From Holosporaceae bacterium (lineage in GTDB: Bacteria > Pseudomonadota > Alphaproteobacteria > Holosporales > Holosporaceae), in contig CAXNJQ010000001.1 of the NCBI GenBank assembly GCA_964202705.1, forward strand, positions 1 to 40,687: 40,687 nucleotides of DNA, read 5' to 3'. The notes under the pieces were generated by a model that saw nothing but the letters and a program-made list of their open reading frames with translations, did not search any database and was not told where the DNA came from. How positions within the stretch are numbered: position 1 is the stretch's first letter; each line of letters opens with the position of its first letter. Both the position numbers and the translations under genes were made by a program. Shown here piece after piece: positions 35,457-40,687 of this stretch.

Positions 35457-37307
35457 TTATTGGTGTTTTTGTAACAAAGAATACCACTCATTTTCCCATT
35501 CAACCAATTGTTTTTCCAGGGAATCTTTTTCAGATTGCTCTTTGGCCCATGCCACAGAAGTCGTCTGTTCGTACAGCGTAAGATCGGATAAAGACATGTT
35601 CAAAGCATCAATTTTTTTCTGCAATTCTGTTATTTTCTTTTCTATTTTGGACAGTTTTTCTGTTTTTTCCTTGCTGTCTTTGATGTTGTTTTTGGGGAAG
35701 GATTCCCTAGAATCGGGCTCTTTTGCGGATTCCTTTTTCCGTTCTTTTAACAACCAATCGGCATAGGATTCCAAATCCTGATCATAGGCGGAAACATTAC
35801 CATGGGATACCAACCAAAACTGATCCACCACGGTGCCCAATAATTGTCGATCATGAGACACCACAATCACGGCCCCTTCAAATTCTTGTAAGGCCAGCGC
35901 CAAGGCTTCTCTGGTTTCCAGGTCCAAATGGTTGGTGGGCTCGTCCAATAATAATAAATGGGGTTTTTGCCAGGCCAACAGGGCCAATACCAAGCGGGCT
36001 TTTTCCCCACCCGATAATACGCCAATGCGGCTGAATGCCATATCGCCAGCAAACCCAAATTGGCCTAAAAAACTGCGCAACACGGTGGGGGATGTGCCGG
36101 GGGAATCCCGTTCTAAATGCCAATAGGCCGTTTGCTCTGGTTCCAGTAAATCCAATTGGTGTTGGGCAAAATACCCAATTTTCAGTTTCGGACTGCGCGT
36201 ATACTGGCCTGACACCATTTGCAATTGTCCAGACAAGGTTTTGATCAGCGTGGATTTTCCAGCACCATTGGCCCCCAACAGACCAATGCGATCTTTTGGT
36301 CCGATCTGCAGGGTCAGGTTTTTCAGGATTGGTTTGTCGCCATATCCCAAAAATGCATCTTTGAAATAGGCCACAGGATTGGGACAGTTTTCGGCCGCAG
36401 GCAGATTAAATACAAAATTGGTTTGATTGGGAATTTTGGACAACACATCCATTTTTGCCAACATTTTTAATCGCGATTGGGCCTGTTTGGCCTTGCTGGC
36501 CTTGGCGCGAAAACGATCCACAAAGGATTGTAAATGGTCGCGTTTTTGTTCTTGCTTTTCCACCATTTTTTGATGCAACTGAATTTTTTCCGCACGCCAT
36601 ACAATAAAGTCAGAATAATTTCCCTTGTGGGATTCGAATTTCTTTTGATTCAACCACACAATTTTTTGAACCACATTGTCTAGAAATACGCTGTCGTGGG
36701 ATATGATGATCAGCGTGCCAGAAAAGCGTTGCAACCAACGTTCCAGCCACACAATGGCATCCAAATCCAAATGGTTTGTCGGTTCATCCAACAGCATCAA
36801 TTCGCAAGGTTTCATCAGGGCGCGTGCCAAATTCAGGCGCATTTGCCAACCGCCAGAAAAGGATTGGGTGGCCCAGTTTTGTTGGGATGCAGAAAATCCC
36901 AGACCATGCAATAATTCAGCCGCCCGAGCAGGCGCACTGTACCCATCAATGGCGGCCAATCGATCATGCAATGCCACAATTTCTGATGTGTTTCCCTCTT
37001 GTTCAGCCACGGTCAACTGTTTTTGAATGGATGACCATTCCTCGTCGCCTGACAATACGAAATCAATGGCCGTTGTGTCGCTTTGTTCTAATTCTTGGGC
37101 CACAGACGATATACGCCACTGCTTGGATAGGATGACATCGCCGGCGTCTTCTTTTAATTCTTTGCGCAACAGGGATAATAAGGTGGATTTTCCCGAACCA
37201 TTGGATCCAATTAATCCAACCTTTTCACCAGGATGAATGGATAAATTAGCCTGATTCAGTAATGTTTTGGCCCCGCGATTCAGAGAAACGCCTTTAAGTT
37301 CGATCAT
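35457..37307 (-). CDS. ABC-F family ATPase (two ABC domains, Uup/YheS-like)
   Basis: Two Walker A motifs (GSNGSGKST, GANGAGKST), two signature motifs (FSGGWQMR, LSGGEKAR), two Walker B motifs (LLLDEPTNHLD x2), an inter-domain linker, a Lys/Glu-rich C-terminal coiled coil and no TM domain. Confidence 0.9.
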   Translation of the reverse strand: MIELKGVSLNRGAKTLLNQANLSIHPGEKVGLIGSNGSGKSTLLSLLRKELKEDAGDVILSKQWRISSVAQELEQSDTTAIDFVLSGDEEWSSIQKQLTVAEQEGNTSEIVALHDRLAAIDGYSAPARAAELLHGLGFSASQQNWATQSFSGGWQMRLNLARALMKPCELMLLDEPTNHLDLDAIVWLERWLQRFSGTLIIISHDSVFLDNVVQKIVWLNQKKFESHKGNYSDFIVWRAEKIQLHQKMVEKQEQKRDHLQSFVDRFRAKASKAKQAQSRLKMLAKMDVLSKIPNQTNFVFNLPAAENCPNPVAYFKDAFLGYGDKPILKNLTLQIGPKDRIGLLGANGAGKSTLIKTLSGQLQMVSGQYTRSPKLKIGYFAQHQLDLLEPEQTAYWHLERDSPGTSPTVLRSFLGQFGFAGDMAFSRIGVLSGGEKARLVLALLAWQKPHLLLLDEPTNHLDLETREALALALQEFEGAVIVVSHDRQLLGTVVDQFWLVSHGNVSAYDQDLESYADWLLKERKKESAKEPDSRESFPKNNIKDSKEKTEKLSKIEKKITELQKKIDALNMSLSDLTLYEQTTSVAWAKEQSEKDSLEKQLVEWENEWYSLLQKHQ

Positions 37308-37329
37308 CTTGTCTTTGGTTTAAAAAGTG

Positions 37330-37416
37330 CGGATGGGGTGGGATTCGAACCCACGAAACGCTTGCACGTTTGCCGGTTTTCAAGACCGGTGCTTTTAACC
37401 ACTCAGCCACCCATCC
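37330..37416 (-). tRNA. tRNA-Ser (anticodon TGA)
   Basis: Reverse complement folds as acceptor GGATGGG/CCCATCC, anticodon arm CCGGT-CTTGAAA-ACCGG, long variable arm AAACG-TGCAAG-CGTTT, T arm GTGGG-TTCGAAT-CCCAC, discriminator G. Confidence 0.9.
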
Positions 37417-37487
37417 AATGGTTCTAATTATAGGGTAAGAAATGTCAAAAATCTATCCCTAAAAAGAAGGCTCTGGCCCGGTATGGG

Positions 37488-38153
37488 CTAAAATCCTGGT
37501 TTTGGATTCAGTTTTTCAAAAAATGCCCGAACATAATGGATGCGTTTTTCCAAACCATGGTGGCCCCCGTTCACCCGGAATGTGATGTGTTTGATGGTTT
37601 CTGGGGTTATGCCCTGATGGCAGACGGGAAATAACAGCTGGTCATGGAAAAAAAAGAGACCCGAAACCAAGGGATACTTTTTCGCCACGGCATCAGGATC
37701 AAGAACACAATCGTATCCAATAAACGAACTGAACCGGGTATACTGATCGCGACCCGTTAATTGCAGATATCCGCGACCACGAAAACGAAACCCATCGCCC
37801 GATGATTCGTCCCCATTGCCCATGCGTTCAGCATAAATCCTAGACGCAATTTCTTTGCCAGATTTGGCATATTTTTTTGCGGTGCTGGAATCTGGAAAGT
37901 ATTTTGGAAACAATGTTTTCAGACGCTGGGCAGAATAATTCAGATTTTCATAAGTGCGTTTGAAGCCATCAGATTCATGGGCACACTGGCCCAGAAAGTG
38001 GGCCAAACGCAGGGCCAAGATGGTGGTGTTGCTGGGGTCAGCTGTTGGCGCCCAAACCCAAATGGTGTCGGACAAACCAGACAAAACTTTATGGGGAATC
38101 ATGCCAGAAAGTCGCTGTAAAACATCCCTTGGACTGGGGTTTTCATTGGACAT
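37488..38153 (-). CDS. glycoside hydrolase family 19 / phage-type lysozyme-like protein
   Basis: LAHFLGQCAHESDGF...E, GDGFRFRGRGYLQLTGRDQY and RVNGGHHGLEKR match the GH19 (COG3179) pattern. The track ORF extends to 38405 across the rlmB 3' end. ATG 38153 (MSNENPSPRD...) is preferred. No signal peptide. Confidence 0.75.
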   Translation of the reverse strand: MSNENPSPRDVLQRLSGMIPHKVLSGLSDTIWVWAPTADPSNTTILALRLAHFLGQCAHESDGFKRTYENLNYSAQRLKTLFPKYFPDSSTAKKYAKSGKEIASRIYAERMGNGDESSGDGFRFRGRGYLQLTGRDQYTRFSSFIGYDCVLDPDAVAKKYPLVSGLFFFHDQLLFPVCHQGITPETIKHITFRVNGGHHGLEKRIHYVRAFFEKLNPKPGF

Positions 38154-38352
38154 GGTGCGGAAAATAACGGAATGCCTTTGGTATAGCATAGCCCTCTGGG
38201 ACACATAAAATCCAATTTTGATACAGAAAATCATAGGGATCTTGCCCGGAATGAACCAGGAGGAATATGGAAAAACAGAGTGGCAAAACAGAGTGGGCAA
38301 AAGGGTTGCCCACTGATGGCTATGCCGAACTGGTGAAATAGAGCAGGGGGGG

Positions 38353-39081
38353 TCAGTGCCGTAGGCCGATTTGAAATCCTTTTTGCAGAGCAATGGCACC
38401 AGCAACGGACGCGTTCAGGGTGGAAAAAGCACCAGCCGATGAAATGGAAACCAGGGCATCACAGCATTGTCGCGTCAGACGACGCAATCCAACGCCTTCT
38501 GAACCAATCACCAGTGCCAGCGGCCATAAATCCAAATTGTCCAAGGGAATGGATCCTTCTTCGGCCAGACCAACGCAGAAAAAGCCTGCTGTCTTAAGGG
38601 TTTCCATGGCACGCACCAAATTGCTGACCATGATGCATGGGACCAGTTCGCTGGCACCACAGGCGGTTTTGGACACGACGCCATCCAAAGGAGGACAATT
38701 GTTTTTGGTCACAATCAGGGCGGATGCCCCGAATACGGCCGCACTGCGCCACAAAGCCCCCACATTATGGGGGTCCACAATGCCATCCAACATCAAAACC
38801 ATGCCTTGTTTTGGATCCAATTCAGAAATATCGGGTGATTTCAAGGGACTCGTGCGTACAGCGATTCCCTGGTGCACCGCACCGTGGGGCAACCATTTGG
38901 ATAGTTGATCGGCTGTGACGGTACGGATGGGGCACCGTTGGGTATTAAAGGGGGGTTCTGGAATGGTGTTGAGGGTATAGAGACACTCTACGTGACGGTG
39001 AGGATTTTGCAGTACCGCCTGAACGACATGCTTGCCCCACAATAAAACGGACGAATTATTTTTTGTTTGTGTCTGACTCAT
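38353..39081 (-). CDS. rlmB: 23S rRNA (guanosine-2'-O)-methyltransferase, SpoU family
   Basis: LWGKHVV..AL substrate-binding N-domain, LDGIVDPHNVGALWRSA, LVIGSEGVGLRRL and LNASVAGAIAL. Confidence 0.85.
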   Translation of the reverse strand: MSQTQTKNNSSVLLWGKHVVQAVLQNPHRHVECLYTLNTIPEPPFNTQRCPIRTVTADQLSKWLPHGAVHQGIAVRTSPLKSPDISELDPKQGMVLMLDGIVDPHNVGALWRSAAVFGASALIVTKNNCPPLDGVVSKTACGASELVPCIMVSNLVRAMETLKTAGFFCVGLAEEGSIPLDNLDLWPLALVIGSEGVGLRRLTRQCCDALVSISSAGAFSTLNASVAGAIALQKGFQIGLRH

Positions 39082-39096
39082 GGTGGATTTTTGTCA

Positions 39097-39756
39097 TTAG
39101 AGTGATGCGGGATTAGGCCAGATGGTATCCGACAGAATCCATCCATATAGACGATGTTCTGGTTCCACCACATAAATCCATTTCCCGTCCGTGTGCCTAA
39201 TATACCGTACGATGGCCCCCTTTTTCAATAGGGCGTTTGGTGGGCTGCCTTTCCGATCTTTGCTGTACAAAGGGGTGTCTTTGGTGATCAGCAGGGTCGT
39301 TTTGAATCGCAACATGCCGCCTTTTACCCAGCCCAATTCCCCTGTGAAATCTTTGATATAGTACCAATTGCTGTACTTTTTTAACACAACAACGGGCCAA
39401 TCAGGAGATTCATAAAACCACACCATGTCATGATCAGATCCAGGGCCAGATCGCCAATTGACCTTCTTTCCTAAACAGGCATACCGAGAATGGCATTGTT
39501 GGGGCCGTGGAATTGTTTTGATCAAACGTGTGTGCGCAGTGGGCTTTTTGGGCACGATGCGTGGGGTGATTTTTGCAGAAGGGGGGTGCTTGATGGTTTT
39601 TGCAGCAATGCGGCTGTGGGTAATCAGGGTTTGGGCCGAGTTTTTGGGGTAAATAATGGCCATTGATAAACAAAACAATACGGACGTTTTTAGAATTGAC
39701 CAGGTCGGTTTTTTGTAAAAATCAACCAGAATCAAGGACTTCATTGGAAAAGGCAA
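39097..39756 (-). CDS. bacterial SH3-domain protein (DUF1058/COG3807-like)
   Basis: VNWRSGPGSDHDMVWFYESPDWPVVVLKKYSNWYYIKDFTGELGWV, plus a second SH3-like half ending GWILSDTIWP. N-terminal TM/leader. Start uncertain. Confidence 0.7.
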   Translation of the reverse strand: MPFPMKSLILVDFYKKPTWSILKTSVLFCLSMAIIYPKNSAQTLITHSRIAAKTIKHPPSAKITPRIVPKKPTAHTRLIKTIPRPQQCHSRYACLGKKVNWRSGPGSDHDMVWFYESPDWPVVVLKKYSNWYYIKDFTGELGWVKGGMLRFKTTLLITKDTPLYSKDRKGSPPNALLKKGAIVRYIRHTDGKWIYVVEPEHRLYGWILSDTIWPNPASL

Positions 39757-39897
39757 TGGGTTAGATTTTTCGTATGGTTACAGTATAAATTTTTTGGTTA
39801 GGGAAAACAAATGGTGGCCGTTTTGTCCAACTGACGGTATTGACTTTGGGTGATAAAACGCGTGTAGTAAAAGTAATATTTTTGATCAATTAATAAA

Positions 39898-40371
39898 ATG
39901 TCCACAGCAAAAAAGCCTCTAATGGCGGCATTGTCTCAGTCAGAAACATTACAAAATTTAAAGCAAGCTTTTGCAGGCGAAGCTCAGGCCAATCGACGCT
40001 ATATGTACTTTGCAGCCAAGGCGGATATCGAGGGAAAAAGCGACATAGCAGACTTATTTCGATCCACAGCAGAGGGTGAAACAGGCCATGCCCATGGCCA
40101 CATGGACTTTTTATCTTTTGTTGGTGATCCCGTAACCGATTGTCCCATCGGAACAAGCGAAGAGAACCTGAAGTCGGCCATTCATGGTGAAACCCACGAA
40201 TATACAGATATGTATCCGCATATGGCCCGAAAAGCCAGAGAAGAGGGTTTTGAGGAAATTGCCGAATGGTTTGAAACCCTGGCAAAAGCCGAACGATCTC
40301 ATGCCAAACGTTTTGAACGTGCCTTGGACGCCTTGCGTGCTAGCCAAGATCATGAAAAGACAGAGCACTGA
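39898..40371 (+). CDS. rbr: rubrerythrin-family diiron protein lacking the rubredoxin domain
   Basis: [30 protein letters not shown] and [10 protein letters not shown] form the two ExxH diiron pairs. 157 aa with no C-terminal CxxC pairs. Confidence 0.85.
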   Translation: MSTAKKPLMAALSQSETLQNLKQAFAGEAQANRRYMYFAAKADIEGKSDIADLFRSTAEGETGHAHGHMDFLSFVGDPVTDCPIGTSEENLKSAIHGETHEYTDMYPHMARKAREEGFEEIAEWFETLAKAERSHAKRFERALDALRASQDHEKTEH

Positions 40372-40405
40372 CACATCATGTCTCTGTCACCAGGAAAAAA
40401 CGCTT

Positions 40406-40687
40406 ATGGTTCGTGAAAAAATCTTTAATTTGCGCAAGAAAAAAAAGCCATCATCCAGTCAGTGGTTGTTGCGACACATGAACGATCCTTATGTGCACAA
40501 AGCCCAAGCCAAAGGGTATCGATGCCGGTCCGTGTTCAAACTGGAAGAAATCGATAAAAAGTTTCGCATTTTGAAACCGGGCATGCATGTTTTGGATTTG
40601 GGGTGTGCACCAGGAGGTTGGTGTCAATGGACCTTGCCGCTGATTGGTAAAAAAGGATTTTTGATGGGGGTCGATTTATTGCAAATG
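40406..40687 (+). CDS. rlmE: 23S rRNA (uridine2552-2'-O)-methyltransferase, 3'-truncated by the window
   Basis: Hand translation from ATG 40406: MVREKIFNLRKKKKPSSSQWLLRHMNDPYVHKAQAKGYRCRSVFKLEEIDKKFRILKPGMHVLDLGCAPGGWCQW.... This is the FtsJ/RlmE N-terminus with the SAM motif DLGxAPGGW. The frame is open to the window end. Confidence 0.8.
   Translation, partial: MVREKIFNLRKKKKPSSSQWLLRHMNDPYVHKAQAKGYRCRSVFKLEEIDKKFRILKPGMHVLDLGCAPGGWCQWTLPLIGKKGFLMGVDLLQM

Noticed and set aside
38154-38405. N-terminal extensions of track ORFs: GH19 to 38405, trmB to 29835, the ABC ATPase to 27547 and the Cys-rich ORF to 9914.
   Set aside because: The extensions overlap neighbouring conserved genes or precede SD-supported or homology-consistent internal starts. 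The extension sequences show no homology-like pattern.
40378-40416. 12-codon ORF (MSLSPGKNAYGS) just before rlmE.
   Set aside because: It is too short and overlaps the better-supported rlmE start at 40406, so it is most likely non-coding.

Overview
The window is mostly a housekeeping stretch of a compact, probably alphaproteobacterium-like genome; that assignment is inferred from gene content and an alpha-type HU protein, with no database search. Genes recognised from the translations are rpsU, holB, gpsA, HU, a porin, mlaE, xthA, ftsK, dapB, gmk, ybeY, corC/tlyC, trmL, pheT, an L,D-transpeptidase, ihfA, trmB, glmM, a DedA protein, valS, an ABC-F ATPase, rlmB, rubrerythrin and rlmE, plus three tRNAs: His-GUG, Thr-UGU and Ser-UGA. 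Two regions are not ordinary. (1) 17.9-23.3 kb is an AT-rich segment of about 5.4 kb centred on tRNA-Thr. It encodes four Sec-signal proteins with no motif I can name, arranged as two paralogous pairs. The two small genes share a duplicated leader and a signal-peptide module that is 72/72 nt identical. The two large lysine-rich proteins share sequence modules, and one carries a 24-bp tandem repeat encoding NIKLKPKP. The left edge of this segment coincides with an abutting EcoRI-BamHI-PstI site cluster that looks like a cloning polylinker, so artefact or engineering must be excluded. This is the best candidate for something undescribed. (2) 8.0-11.7 kb holds several unassignable secreted ORFs, a small 12-Cys secreted protein, and an orphan MshL/PilN-like lipoprotein secretin interrupted by one in-frame TAA. 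Smaller oddities are an SDR lacking the catalytic Tyr/Lys, a 28-bp tandem duplication across the trmB stop codon, a GC-rich unexplained 263-bp convergent spacer after valS, and an orphan GH19 lysozyme-like gene beside tRNA-Ser. No CRISPR array, transposase, integrase or rRNA was seen. All family calls come from reading motifs by eye, and start codons are often uncertain.
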